This document shows positions 40,891-51,969 of a DNA stretch of 64,000 bases, one piece after another; within the stretch, counting starts at the first letter, position 1; each line of letters starts with the position of its first letter. The position numbers were made by a program, and so were the translations under genes. The notes below the pieces were generated by a model. The model saw only the letters and a program-made list of their open reading frames with translations, searched no databases and was not told the origin of the DNA. Origin of the DNA: Candidatus Binataceae bacterium (GTDB lineage: Bacteria; Desulfobacterota; Binatia; Binatales; Binataceae); NCBI GenBank assembly GCA_035500095.1, contig DATJXN010000090.1, forward strand, positions 500 to 64,499, given 5' to 3'.

Positions 40891-41922
40891 TCATCCACTC
40901 CCGGCGCGCTTCTGCCGGTAGAATCGCACCCTGACGTTGTCCGGATTCACGCGCACCAGTTCTATTCCGTCCGGCAATTCTATCTGTACCGCTAGGTCGC
41001 GCACGCCCGGCTCCGCATCCTCCGCCGTCACGTAAACCGAGCCATGCAGGTCGAGACCGGAAAGCTGATTAATCGGCCCGCGCACGGTGATGGCGATCCG
41101 CCGCGGATCTACCTTGACCCGGTATGGAGTATCCCGCACCTCGACCTCGATACCGCGGAACTCGCGATCGGCGATGATCTCGCCTATCGCAACCCGCGCT
41201 TCGACCGCCTGCTGACCCACCACCGCCACCCGATCGCTGGGCGGCAGAAGGCTCACGGGCCGATCGATGTCAGCCTTGGCGCCGTTGACCTCGACCGGCG
41301 AGGTCTGGACGACGTCGGTGTGAAACACGAAGCGGCTCGGGCCGCGCACGGTGGCTGCGAGCGGATTGGCCTTGGCCGACACGACATGGTAACCGGCAGC
41401 CGGCTGGCCGTCGACTCTCACGTGGATCGGCACCTGGCGATCGGTTATGCGGTCGATGTCGAGCACGATCTGGCTCGGCGAGATGCGCGTGATGTCGGTC
41501 TGGCGCGGAACGTTGAACATCTCGGGACCAATCTTGAATACGGCTTGTCCGGCGGTCACGCCGCTCAAGTCGAGACGTAACAGCATCCGGTCGGGATTGA
41601 GCAGCGACAGCAGCGTCCGCGGACCGCGCACTTCGATCTGCACGAAGTCGGGACGCTGGTTGACGATCACGAGCCCGGCCGGCAATGCGCGATAGCTTAT
41701 CGGCACGCGCATCGGGGCGAGCGCGCCGCGCTGCCCGGCGTTGACGAAGAACCACAGACCGACCGCGAGCAGGAGCGCGATCGCGCGCAGGCCCAGGTTG
41801 CGCCTTGCGCGCTGCAGCAGCAGCAACCTGAGCGGCGGTCTGACCTGGCGCGGCACGTCCGCGCCGACCGCGACCCTCATGAGCAGGCTCCGAAAGCGGT
41901 TCGGTTTCTCAGTACGCGCCAT
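40891..41922 (-). CDS. cdaR: YbbR-domain protein, CdaA regulatory protein CdaR.
   Basis: N-terminal TM (LRAIALLLAVGLWFFV), followed by repeated YbbR-like beta domains. It sits between cdaA and glmM, the conserved cdaA-cdaR-glmM arrangement. Confidence 0.75.
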   Translation of the reverse strand: MARTEKPNRFRSLLMRVAVGADVPRQVRPPLRLLLLQRARRNLGLRAIALLLAVGLWFFVNAGQRGALAPMRVPISYRALPAGLVIVNQRPDFVQIEVRGPRTLLSLLNPDRMLLRLDLSGVTAGQAVFKIGPEMFNVPRQTDITRISPSQIVLDIDRITDRQVPIHVRVDGQPAAGYHVVSAKANPLAATVRGPSRFVFHTDVVQTSPVEVNGAKADIDRPVSLLPPSDRVAVVGQQAVEARVAIGEIIADREFRGIEVEVRDTPYRVKVDPRRIAITVRGPINQLSGLDLHGSVYVTAEDAEPGVRDLAVQIELPDGIELVRVNPDNVRVRFYRQKRAGSG

Positions 41923-41933
41923 CGTCCGCCGCC

Positions 41934-42680
41934 CTAGACCATAGTGACCAGAACGCCGAGTAGCTCCTCGGGGCTGAGGCCGCGCTCGAGTTTGCCGTTA
42001 CGTGCGAGCGAGATGGTCCCGTCCTGTTCGGAAACCACGATCACCGCGGCGTCGCTTTCTTCGGTCATGCCGATGGCGGCGCGATGGCGCGTGCCGAGCG
42101 CTAGGTTCACGTTGGGATTGGTCGAGAGCGGCAGCAGGCAGGCGCCCGCCAGCACGCTCTCGCCTTTGACGATTACCGCTCCGTCGTGCAGCGGCGATCC
42201 GCGCATGAAGATGGTCTCCAAAAGCTCGGGCGAGAGCCGCGCGTCCAGAATGCGCCCGGTCTCGACATAGTCGCTCAGTCCGACTTCCTGCTCGAGCACG
42301 ATCAGCGCGCCGATCCGCCGGGCGGAGAGCCACGCGGCCGCGTTGACCAGTTCCTGCGCCACGCTGGCCACGGTGGCGCGGCCGAGGAAAGTCGGCGTGC
42401 CGACCCGGGTCAGCGCGCGGCGAATATCCGACTGAAAGATCACCACCAGGATCAGAAACAACGATCCGAGAAAGTTGTTCAGCAGCCAGTTGAGCGTGAA
42501 CAATCCGAGCAACTGCGAGCCGACGAAGGCGCCCGCCACGATCAGCAGTCCGACCACCATCTGCATCGTGCGCGTGCCGCGAATGAGCAACGCGATGCGG
42601 TAAATCACATAGGCGACGATCAGGATGTCGAGCACATCCTGCCATCGCAGCCGCGGGATCAGGCCCAGGTATTGTTCCAT
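41934..42680 (-). CDS. cdaA: Diadenylate cyclase CdaA (DisA_N/DAC domain, membrane-anchored).
   Basis: Three N-terminal TM helices, then the DAC domain ...GALIVLEQEVGLSDYVETG...PLHDGAVIVKGE...LGTRHRAAIGMTEESDAAVIVVSEQDGTISL. Confidence 0.85.
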   Translation of the reverse strand: MEQYLGLIPRLRWQDVLDILIVAYVIYRIALLIRGTRTMQMVVGLLIVAGAFVGSQLLGLFTLNWLLNNFLGSLFLILVVIFQSDIRRALTRVGTPTFLGRATVASVAQELVNAAAWLSARRIGALIVLEQEVGLSDYVETGRILDARLSPELLETIFMRGSPLHDGAVIVKGESVLAGACLLPLSTNPNVNLALGTRHRAAIGMTEESDAAVIVVSEQDGTISLARNGKLERGLSPEELLGVLVTMV

Positions 42681-42692
42681 CGCCGGGTTGGC

Positions 42693-43673
42693 CTAATTGC
42701 CGCCCGAGGATTTGATTGCCGCCGCCATCCTCACCGCCGCCACCGTCCGGGCAACGTCGTGTACGCGCACGATCGCAACGCCGCCGGCTATCGCGATCGC
42801 GCTAATCGCCGCCGTCGCCGATTCAAGCGCGGCCGAATCGGCCCCGGCCGCCGCACGCACGAAGCCCTTGCGCGACGCTCCTACCAATATGGGATAGCCC
42901 AGCGCGCAGAGCCGCGGCAAGGCGCCGAGCAGGGCGAGACTGTGCCGTGGCCGCTTGGCGAATCCAAGCCCGGGGTCGAGCACGATGCGCGAGGGCGTAA
43001 CGCCGGCGCGGATTGCAAAGCGCGCGCGCGCCGCCAAAGCCGATTCGACCTCTCCGACCACGTCGCGATAGCGCGCGAACCTGATGTGATCCAGCGGTCC
43101 ACCGCGCATATGCATCAGGACGACCGCGCATCTGCGTGCCGCAACCAGCGGCGCCATCGCCGGGTCGCCCGCAAGCGCGCTCACGTCGTTGACGATCGCC
43201 GCGCCGGCATCCAGCGCCGCGCGCGCGACCGCGGCCTTGCGCGTGTCGACGGAAATCGGCACGCGCAGCCGTCCGCCAAGGCGCTTCAGCACCGGCGCGA
43301 TTCGGGCGATTTCGATTTCGGCCGGGACCTCGCGCGCTCCGCCGGGGCGAGTCGATTCGCCGCCGATATCGATAATCGCCGCGCCCGCCGCTTCCATTTC
43401 GAGCGCATGCTCGGCCGCGCGGCGCGGGTCGAGGTATCGGCCGCCGTCGGAAAACGAGTCAGGCGTGACGTTGAGCACGCCCATCACGGCTGGAAATCGG
43501 ACGATCCGGCCGTCGTGAAGGCGAAGCGAGTGACGGCGGCGATGTGCTCTTACTTCCAAGCCTGAATTCTCCGGATTCCCGATCGAATTAGCCCGCCTAT
43601 AGTTGGACGACGGATCTTCGATAAGGATACACCCGGTGCGGCTCGGACGGGACGGGGTTACACAGAACGGCAA
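42693..43673 (-). CDS. folP: Dihydropteroate synthase.
   Basis: ...MGVLNVTPDSFSDGGRY...IIDIGGESTRPG...VNDVSA... The start is probably downstream of 43673 (an alternative start near VRAHRRRHS). Confidence 0.8.
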   Translation of the reverse strand: MPFCVTPSRPSRTGCILIEDPSSNYRRANSIGNPENSGLEVRAHRRRHSLRLHDGRIVRFPAVMGVLNVTPDSFSDGGRYLDPRRAAEHALEMEAAGAAIIDIGGESTRPGGAREVPAEIEIARIAPVLKRLGGRLRVPISVDTRKAAVARAALDAGAAIVNDVSALAGDPAMAPLVAARRCAVVLMHMRGGPLDHIRFARYRDVVGEVESALAARARFAIRAGVTPSRIVLDPGLGFAKRPRHSLALLGALPRLCALGYPILVGASRKGFVRAAAGADSAALESATAAISAIAIAGGVAIVRVHDVARTVAAVRMAAAIKSSGGN

Positions 43674-43739
43674 TCCGCGACGCCCTTAAACAGGGGGGCG
43701 CCGCACGGAAACCAACGCCTCGAGCGGAACGGAAACGCC

Positions 43740-45674
<1,935 letters not shown>

Positions 45675-45746
45675 TCTCTTTTAAAGGGTACCACGCGGCT
45701 TCATTTGCAGGCAACGGATTATTAGCTGAACCGCAAACCGCCTTTC

Positions 45747-47240
45747 TTATGGATGCACTGCCTCTTCGAAGGCGCGTAAGCGCAGCACCGAGACGGTTTG
45801 CTCGCTGACCAGCGCGACCCGGCCGCGCACCATCCCAGGAAGCCACGCCACCTGCCCATCTAACGTAACCATCGGAAAGGTAAAGCGACGGGTGCGAGCC
45901 AGTTTACGGTCGACGAAAACGTCCTGGACCTTCCGTGAGCCCTCCATCCCAAGCGGAGCGACGCGGTCACCGTGTGCAAAGTTGCGCACGACGAGGCCTG
46001 AGGCGGCAAGGTCCGCGTCGAAGCAGGCCTCATCGAGACCGAGCGGCATCGGCGCTGCGTCGGCCGGCATCACCCGGGAATGAAAGACGAAACCCGACCA
46101 CGGCACCCTGGTGATCCCGTTTAGCGCAAGAGCGACTGGAACTCCGGCAACGGCGGCGACGCGCCGGTCTCCGGCGTGGCGCTGCGGCTCGACTGCCAGC
46201 GCGGCGTAGCGGCGCTCGGCACGCCATCCGCCGGGGAGGTCGAGGGTCGCGCTGGGAGAATCGGCCAGGCAAAGCCGGCGAAGATCGTCGATATGGCGGC
46301 GGCTCAGGCGGCGGAGCTTCCAGATTCGCGCGGCGAGAAATTCCCGCAGAACCGCCGCGGCGAGTGCCGGAGGCAATCCGGCGAAGCCATTAAGGTCCAG
46401 AAGATCCAGCGGGCCGCCCAGGATGCGCTCGTGAAGACGCAGGCCAAGTTCCGTCCTTGCGGCGCTCGTGACGAAATCATCGAGGTCGCGCATCTCGGCC
46501 GCCAGCGCGGCGAGCCGGCGGCGCACCCCCGCAGCGTAGTCGCTCTCGAGCGCCGGCAGCAATTCGATTCGGATGCGGTTGCGCAGGAAACTCCGGTTTG
46601 CATTGCTGCTGTCGCTCACGTAGCGCGCGCCGATCGAATCGAGGTAGCGCAGGATTTCGCGCCGCCACACGCCGAGCATCGGCCGCATAATCGTCACGCC
46701 GGCCTCCCCAAGCTGCCGGGTCGCGGCCATCGCCGCAAGTCCGGCCGCGCCCGCGCCGCGCAGCATCCGAAGCATCACGGTCTCCGCCTGGTCGTCGGCG
46801 TGATGGGCGGTCGCGATACGCGAGGCGCCAATCCGCTCGGCGGCCGCGGCGAGAAACGTCCATCGGGCTTCGCGCGCCCGCTCCTCGAGGTTGGGCGCCG
46901 CCGGATCGAGATCGTTCGCTTGTTCAGCGATCAGCTCGACGCCAAGCGTCGAGCACAGATCGCGCACGAAGGCCTCGTCGCGGTCGGATTCCTCGCCACG
47001 CAAGCGATGGTTCAGATGGGCGGCGACCAGCCGATAACCGAAATGCGGCCCAAGCTCGCCAAGCGCGTAGAACAGCGCGACCGAGTCGGCACCGCCCGAG
47101 AGCGCAAGCAGGATCGAATCAGGAACCGATTGCCGAGCGGCTGCATCAGGCCGCCCTACGCGGCGCAATCCAGCCCTTTCGAGCGACCTGGCAATCTTGC
47201 CGACCAGGCCTGATTTTGCAGCGGAATTCATCTCGGACAC
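45747..47240 (-). CDS. tilS: tRNA(Ile)-lysidine synthetase.
   Basis: PP-loop ILLALSGGADSVALF...HLNHRLRGEESDRD, plus a C-terminal TilS domain. Confidence 0.85.
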   Translation of the reverse strand: MSEMNSAAKSGLVGKIARSLERAGLRRVGRPDAAARQSVPDSILLALSGGADSVALFYALGELGPHFGYRLVAAHLNHRLRGEESDRDEAFVRDLCSTLGVELIAEQANDLDPAAPNLEERAREARWTFLAAAAERIGASRIATAHHADDQAETVMLRMLRGAGAAGLAAMAATRQLGEAGVTIMRPMLGVWRREILRYLDSIGARYVSDSSNANRSFLRNRIRIELLPALESDYAAGVRRRLAALAAEMRDLDDFVTSAARTELGLRLHERILGGPLDLLDLNGFAGLPPALAAAVLREFLAARIWKLRRLSRRHIDDLRRLCLADSPSATLDLPGGWRAERRYAALAVEPQRHAGDRRVAAVAGVPVALALNGITRVPWSGFVFHSRVMPADAAPMPLGLDEACFDADLAASGLVVRNFAHGDRVAPLGMEGSRKVQDVFVDRKLARTRRFTFPMVTLDGQVAWLPGMVRGRVALVSEQTVSVLRLRAFEEAVHP

Positions 47241-47357
47241 GATGGGCCATCAAGACTACGACGGCATCCGCGCCGCCGCAATCGGAACGCCGAACGCCGC
47301 GCCTCCGGCGAAATGAAAGAGGAAGCCCTTTGGTGGATGATCGCGCGACGGCAGAGA

Positions 47358-48458
47358 CTATTCTCTCATAAGGTCCGCGCGAGGGTCGGGTAGCGCGCGC
47401 CGTTTGCGCCGTTCGGCGAATTCCTGCATCAGCTTGCGCTCTTCATCGGTCATATCGGTCGGCGCCAGCACCTTGAGTTCGTAGAGAAGGTCGCCGGCCG
47501 CCTCCTTTCCGCGTGCCGGCAGGCCGCGTCCGCGAAGCCGCATCACGCGCCCGGTCTGGCTCGCGGGAGGAATTTTCAGCGAGAGCCGCCCGTCAAGCGT
47601 CGGCACGGTAATCTCCGTACCCAGCGCCGCTTCGTAGTCCCAAACCGGCAGCTCGCATCGTACGTCGCGCCCGTTCACGCTGAAAACGCGATCGGGCTTG
47701 AGCCGCACCGTGAGAAAGAGGTCGCCGTTGAGTTCGGGGCGCGGGCCCTTGCCGCCCTGCCCTTTGAGCCGCAGCCGGGTGCCGTCGACTACGCCGGCCG
47801 GTATCGTCACCTCGAGCGAGCGGCGGGCCGGAATCGTGCCGCGGCCTCCGCACACCGGGCAGGGCTCGGCGCCGCGGACGACGCGCTTGCCGCGGCGCTC
47901 CCCGCGCGCGACCAGGCCGGTGCCGCCGCAATTGGCGCATCCGTCCTCGGCGTTGAGCGTGATGCGCATTTTCGCGCCGTGCATCGTGTCGCGCAGCGGC
48001 ACCTCGACCTGAGCATCGACGTCATGTCCGCGCGGCGGGGCCTCGGCGAACTCGTAGGCCGAAAAGCCGCGGGGCGCGCGGCCGCCGCGGGTGGAAAATC
48101 CTCCGCCGAGGCCGCCAAAAAACTGCTCGAAGAAATCGCTGAAGCCGCCGCCCCCCCCGCCGCCCGCAAAGCCGCCTGTACCGGGCTGGGCATTCCAGCC
48201 GTACCGCCGGCGCATCTCCTCCTCGGTGACGCCGCGCTCCCAGTCCGCGCCAAGCTCGTCGTACTTCTTGCGTTTCTCGGAATCGCTGAGGACCTGGTAC
48301 GCCTCGTTAATCTCCTTGAAACGGGCCTCGGCCTCCTTGTTGTTGGGATTGACGTCGGGATGATACTTGCGGGCGAGCTTGCGGTAGGCCGATTTGATCT
48401 CGGCCTCCGGCGCGCCGCGTTCGACGCCAAGCGTTTTGTAGTAGTCGCGGTATTCCAT
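47358..48458 (-). CDS. DnaJ-family chaperone with a reduced zinc-finger region (two CxxCxGxG repeats only).
   Basis: J-domain with HPD ([14 protein letters not shown]). G/F-rich linker ([22 protein letters not shown]). The zinc region is CANCGGTG...CPVCGGRG only, followed by the C-terminal substrate-binding domains. Confidence 0.85.
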   Translation of the reverse strand: MEYRDYYKTLGVERGAPEAEIKSAYRKLARKYHPDVNPNNKEAEARFKEINEAYQVLSDSEKRKKYDELGADWERGVTEEEMRRRYGWNAQPGTGGFAGGGGGGGFSDFFEQFFGGLGGGFSTRGGRAPRGFSAYEFAEAPPRGHDVDAQVEVPLRDTMHGAKMRITLNAEDGCANCGGTGLVARGERRGKRVVRGAEPCPVCGGRGTIPARRSLEVTIPAGVVDGTRLRLKGQGGKGPRPELNGDLFLTVRLKPDRVFSVNGRDVRCELPVWDYEAALGTEITVPTLDGRLSLKIPPASQTGRVMRLRGRGLPARGKEAAGDLLYELKVLAPTDMTDEERKLMQEFAERRKRRALPDPRADLMRE

Positions 48459-48606
48459 TTAGCTAGGCGGCGCTTGTCTTCACCGGCAGCTCCTCATTGG
48501 CAGGGCAGGTCCTCACCGTCGGGCCCGCTCCATCCGAGGATGAACCATTGCGTAATTTGGGGCATCAATAAAAGATGCGCATGATAGTCCACCGCGGCAA
48601 GAGCAC

Positions 48607-48798
48607 TCACGCCCCGATGCGCGAAGCGCCGGCCCCAGCGCCGCCGCCTCCGGCCTCTTCAAGCGCGCGCATCCGCGCCTCCATCGCGCGCAACTCGCGC
48701 TCGAGGGCCGCCTGGCGGCGCCAGATGAACAGCACGTAGCCGAAGATCACTGCGAAGATGATCGCATAAGCGGCGAACAGGTAATTCAGGTTCTCCAT
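48607..48798 (-). CDS. ccmD: Heme exporter protein CcmD.
   Basis: 63 aa from MENLNYLFAAYAIIFAVIFGYVLFIWRRQAALEREL at 48798. This is a single TM helix followed by a coiled tail, as in CcmD. It lies directly downstream of ccmC. Confidence 0.6.
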   Translation of the reverse strand: MENLNYLFAAYAIIFAVIFGYVLFIWRRQAALERELRAMEARMRALEEAGGGGAGAGASRIGA

Positions 48799-48838
48799 AG
48801 GCGGTTCCTGAGACGTTCCTAATCTTGCCTGGTTTTGG

Positions 48839-49546
48839 CTAGTCTTGCGCCGCAGCCTCGGCCATCGCCAGCGAACGCGCCAGCGCACCCAGGCGCGTGC
48901 GCATCCGCAGGGTGACGAAACGCAGGCAGAGAATCCAGATGAAGAGCGCGGTGAACGCGGCGAGCGAAACCAGCAGCGTCGCGACCATCCGCGGATCCTC
49001 GAGGCCGTGGCCGCCCTGGCGCGTGACCAGCACCGCAGGATGGATCGTGCGCCAAAGCCGCACCGAGACGATTACGATCGGCACGTCGACCGCGGCGACG
49101 ATTCCCACCACCGCGCCGAAGCGCGCGCCCTGCGCCGAATCGCCCGCCATCGCGCGCAGCATCAGGTAGCCGCCATATAGCAGCCACAGGATAAGCGTGG
49201 TCGTCAGGCGCGAGTCCCACGTCCACCACGCGCCCCATATCGGCTTGGCCCAAATCGAACCGGTCGCGAGTACCAGCGTGCAAAAGACCATCCCCACTTC
49301 GGCCGCCGCATAGCCCAGGTCATCCCATACCTGCTGCCCGAGCCAGAGGTAAAAGATCCCCGCGATTGCGACCAGCGCGAAAGAGGCGAAGGCGTCCCAC
49401 GCGCAGGGAACGTGAAAATAAAAGATGCGCTGGACGATCCCCTGGTCGGCCTCGGTCGGCACGTAAACGAACACCATGTAAAGCGCCGCGAGCACGAGCG
49501 CCAGTGTGACGAATCCCAATCCGAGTCTGACCGGCCGGCCGTTCAT
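48839..49546 (-). CDS. ccmC: Heme exporter protein CcmC.
   Basis: WWTWD-type tryptophan-rich motif (WAKPIWGAWWTWDSRLTTTL). Confidence 0.9.
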   Translation of the reverse strand: MNGRPVRLGLGFVTLALVLAALYMVFVYVPTEADQGIVQRIFYFHVPCAWDAFASFALVAIAGIFYLWLGQQVWDDLGYAAAEVGMVFCTLVLATGSIWAKPIWGAWWTWDSRLTTTLILWLLYGGYLMLRAMAGDSAQGARFGAVVGIVAAVDVPIVIVSVRLWRTIHPAVLVTRQGGHGLEDPRMVATLLVSLAAFTALFIWILCLRFVTLRMRTRLGALARSLAMAEAAAQD

Positions 49547-50221
49547 TCACTCCTCTCCCGCAACATATTCGAACAGCAGGTAGCCGGCGGCGACGAAGAT
49601 CGCGTCAAACGCGGCCAACACTTTGATCCAGACCGCAAGCTCGTCCAGGGGCGAACCGCCCAGAGCGAGCGCACTCGCCTTGACTCCGGCGATCAGCGCC
49701 GGCACGAACATCGGCACCGCCAGCAGCGGCAGGATCAGTTCGCCGCCGCGCAGGCGCGAGGAAATCGCGGCGAGAAGCGTCGCGAGCGCGGCGAAGCCGA
49801 GCGCGCCGAGGAGCACCACCGGCGCCATCCGCATCACGCGCGCGTCGAAGTCGAGATTAAAGAACAGCACCATCAGCACGATCGACGCGGCCTCTGCCAC
49901 GGCCATGAAGACGAAGGCCGCGGCGAGTTTCGCCGCATAGAGCACGGCGCGGTCGAGCGGGCTCATCAAAAGCGCGCGCAGGCAGCCGTTTTCGTTCTCG
50001 GCGCTGACCGCACGCGTCGCCCCGAGCATCCCCGAGAACACGAGCGCGACCCAGAGCGCGCCCGCCGCCGCTGCGGCCCCCTGTTCGCCGCCGCCGGGGT
50101 CGAACGCGAACACCAGCACGACCAGCACCAGCAGCGACAGCGCGCCGAGCGCGACTGTGCTCTGTCCGCCACGCACTTCGAGCAGCAAGTCCTTGCGGAG
50201 CACGGCGGCGAAGGAGTTCAT
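49547..50221 (-). CDS. ccmB: Heme exporter permease CcmB.
   Basis: True start MNSFAAVLRKDLLLEVRGGQ at 50221. Six-TM ABC-2 type permease. Confidence 0.85.
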   Translation of the reverse strand: MNSFAAVLRKDLLLEVRGGQSTVALGALSLLVLVVLVFAFDPGGGEQGAAAAAGALWVALVFSGMLGATRAVSAENENGCLRALLMSPLDRAVLYAAKLAAAFVFMAVAEAASIVLMVLFFNLDFDARVMRMAPVVLLGALGFAALATLLAAISSRLRGGELILPLLAVPMFVPALIAGVKASALALGGSPLDELAVWIKVLAAFDAIFVAAGYLLFEYVAGEE

Positions 50222-50253
50222 GATGAGCGCGCGAATCCCCTCCGGCTCTTGTG

Positions 50254-50958
50254 TCAGGAAACCTGCCGCGCAAGCGGCGCGCGCGCCGCGCTTTGGCGCG
50301 CGGCGTCCGGCTCTGCGCGCACCAGCTTGCCGCGGGCAAGCGCCAGGACCGCGAAGCCCAGGGCCGCCAGCGGCTCGGCCGAATGAGCGCTCGCCAGCAC
50401 CGCGCATCCGCGGCTCATCGCCTCGCGCACCAGCGCGGCGGCGAGCGCCGCGCCGTCGCCGTCGAGCGCCGCGAACGGCTCGTCGAGCATCAAAACGTCG
50501 GGCCGCGCGAGCATCGCGCGCGCGAGCGCAAGGCGCTGCTCCATGCCGCGCGAAAATCCGCGCACGCGCGCGTCGGCGGCGGCGCCGAGCGCGACGCGCT
50601 CGAGCCATAGCGCCGCCGTCTTCCGCGCGTCTTCGACGCCGTAGAGCGTCGCGTAGAATTCCAGGTTCTCTTGCGCGCTAAGGTTGGGATAGAGAAAGCT
50701 CTGATGGCTCAGCAGGCCCACGCGCCGGCGCAGCGCCGGCGCGAGCGTGCGCGCCGCCTCGCCGAAGAGCATCGCGTCGCCGAAGCTCGGCGCCGAAAGT
50801 CCGGCGAGCAACCGGATGAGCGTGGACTTTCCCGCCCCGTTCGCGCCGACCACCGCGAGGCCGCCGCCGGCTGCAACGCTCAGGTTCACCTCGCGCAGGA
50901 CCGGCGCAGGACCGAAACTCTTGCCCAGTGCGCGCGCTTCGATAAGCGGCGCGGTCAT
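50254..50958 (-). CDS. ccmA: Heme exporter ATP-binding protein CcmA.
   Basis: Start MTAPLIEARALGKSFG at 50958. Walker A GANGAGKSTL, ABC signature GFSRGMEQRLALA, and Walker B LMLDEP. Confidence 0.85.
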   Translation of the reverse strand: MTAPLIEARALGKSFGPAPVLREVNLSVAAGGGLAVVGANGAGKSTLIRLLAGLSAPSFGDAMLFGEAARTLAPALRRRVGLLSHQSFLYPNLSAQENLEFYATLYGVEDARKTAALWLERVALGAAADARVRGFSRGMEQRLALARAMLARPDVLMLDEPFAALDGDGAALAAALVREAMSRGCAVLASAHSAEPLAALGFAVLALARGKLVRAEPDAARQSAARAPLARQVS

Positions 50959-51410
50959 CGCTCGGCCCGCGCAACGGAGCGCGCCGCGACGGAAAGCGGC
51001 GCGCCGCATTCGCTGCAGAAACTCCCTGCCGCAACCTCGACGCCGCACTGCGGGCAGAATCGAATACGCGCGGCGGCGGGGGGCGCCGCCGCGACGGTTT
51101 TGACCAACCGCGGACGCGCCGGAGCCGCATCGGGCGCGCGCAGACGCTCCAGCGCGGCGCTCGCGGCGAGCGCCCGCGCCATCAGGGCTTCACGCAACCC
51201 GGCGTAATCGGTCTCGGAGAGCTTGCCCATCTCGCGATCGAACTCCAGCTCGCGCAATCCCTGCATCGCGAGCCCTCGCTCATGCTCGAGCCGCTCGGCC
51301 TCGGCCGCATCGCGTCCGGCGCGCCGCGTCGCGAGCAATCCGCCACCGAGCGGCGCGGCGACGAACAGTGCCACGCTCGCGACGATCAGCACCGCGGCCA
51401 GGTAGAGCAC
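50955..51410 (-). CDS. Hypothetical membrane protein with a C-terminal zinc ribbon, embedded in the ccm operon.
   Basis: N-terminal TM (MLYLAAVLIVASVALFVAAPL), a charged coiled segment, and C-terminal CPQCGVEVAAGSFCSECG. ATGA overlap with ccmA. Confidence 0.5.
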   Translation of the reverse strand: MLYLAAVLIVASVALFVAAPLGGGLLATRRAGRDAAEAERLEHERGLAMQGLRELEFDREMGKLSETDYAGLREALMARALAASAALERLRAPDAAPARPRLVKTVAAAPPAAARIRFCPQCGVEVAAGSFCSECGAPLSVAARSVARAER

Positions 51411-51413
51411 AGC

Positions 51414-51965
51414 CTAGAGACGCTCCCGCAGCTCGCGTTCCAGGCGTTCGCGGAGCGCCGAAGCGGCTTTGCTCGACGGCTCGGAATCGCCTGCGCCGGA
51501 GCCGCCCGAGGATTGCCGCGATCCGGATTGCTGCGATTCGGGGGCCGCGGATGCTCTGCCGCGCCATCGTCCCATCATCAGAACCACCAGGCCCCCGCCC
51601 ATCATCAGCGCGACGAAGGGCATCGTCCACGCGAGCAAGTTGAAGCCCTGAGTGGTCGGAGCGGAGAGAATTTTCTCGCCATACTGCTTGCGGAAGTAGC
51701 CGATTATCTCGGCCCGGCCCATCCCGTGCGCGAGCATCGTGTCGATCCGCTCGCGCATCGGCACGGAGAAGCTGCAGTTCGGATGATTGCAGTTGGCGAC
51801 CGTCAGGCCGCATCCGCATTGGCAGGTAAGTCCCTCCGCGATCTCCTGGCGGGTCGCGGCGGCCGCGTGCGCCGGGCGTATCGGCGCCATCAGCGAAGCG
51901 ATCAGGATTGCGGCGAGCACCGCGGCCATCGCTGGCGCCGAGAATTCCCGTCCCCTGGCATTCAT
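51414..51965 (-). CDS. ccmH: CcmH/CycL-family protein with an atypical Cys motif.
   Basis: Start MNARGREF at 51965. Signal peptide, then AEGLTCQCGCGLTVANCNHPNCSF in place of the canonical LRCxxC. The conserved ...RAEIIGYFRKQYGEKIL... helix and a TM anchor are present. Confidence 0.65.
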   Translation of the reverse strand: MNARGREFSAPAMAAVLAAILIASLMAPIRPAHAAAATRQEIAEGLTCQCGCGLTVANCNHPNCSFSVPMRERIDTMLAHGMGRAEIIGYFRKQYGEKILSAPTTQGFNLLAWTMPFVALMMGGGLVVLMMGRWRGRASAAPESQQSGSRQSSGGSGAGDSEPSSKAASALRERLERELRERL

Positions 51966-51969
51966 CCGG

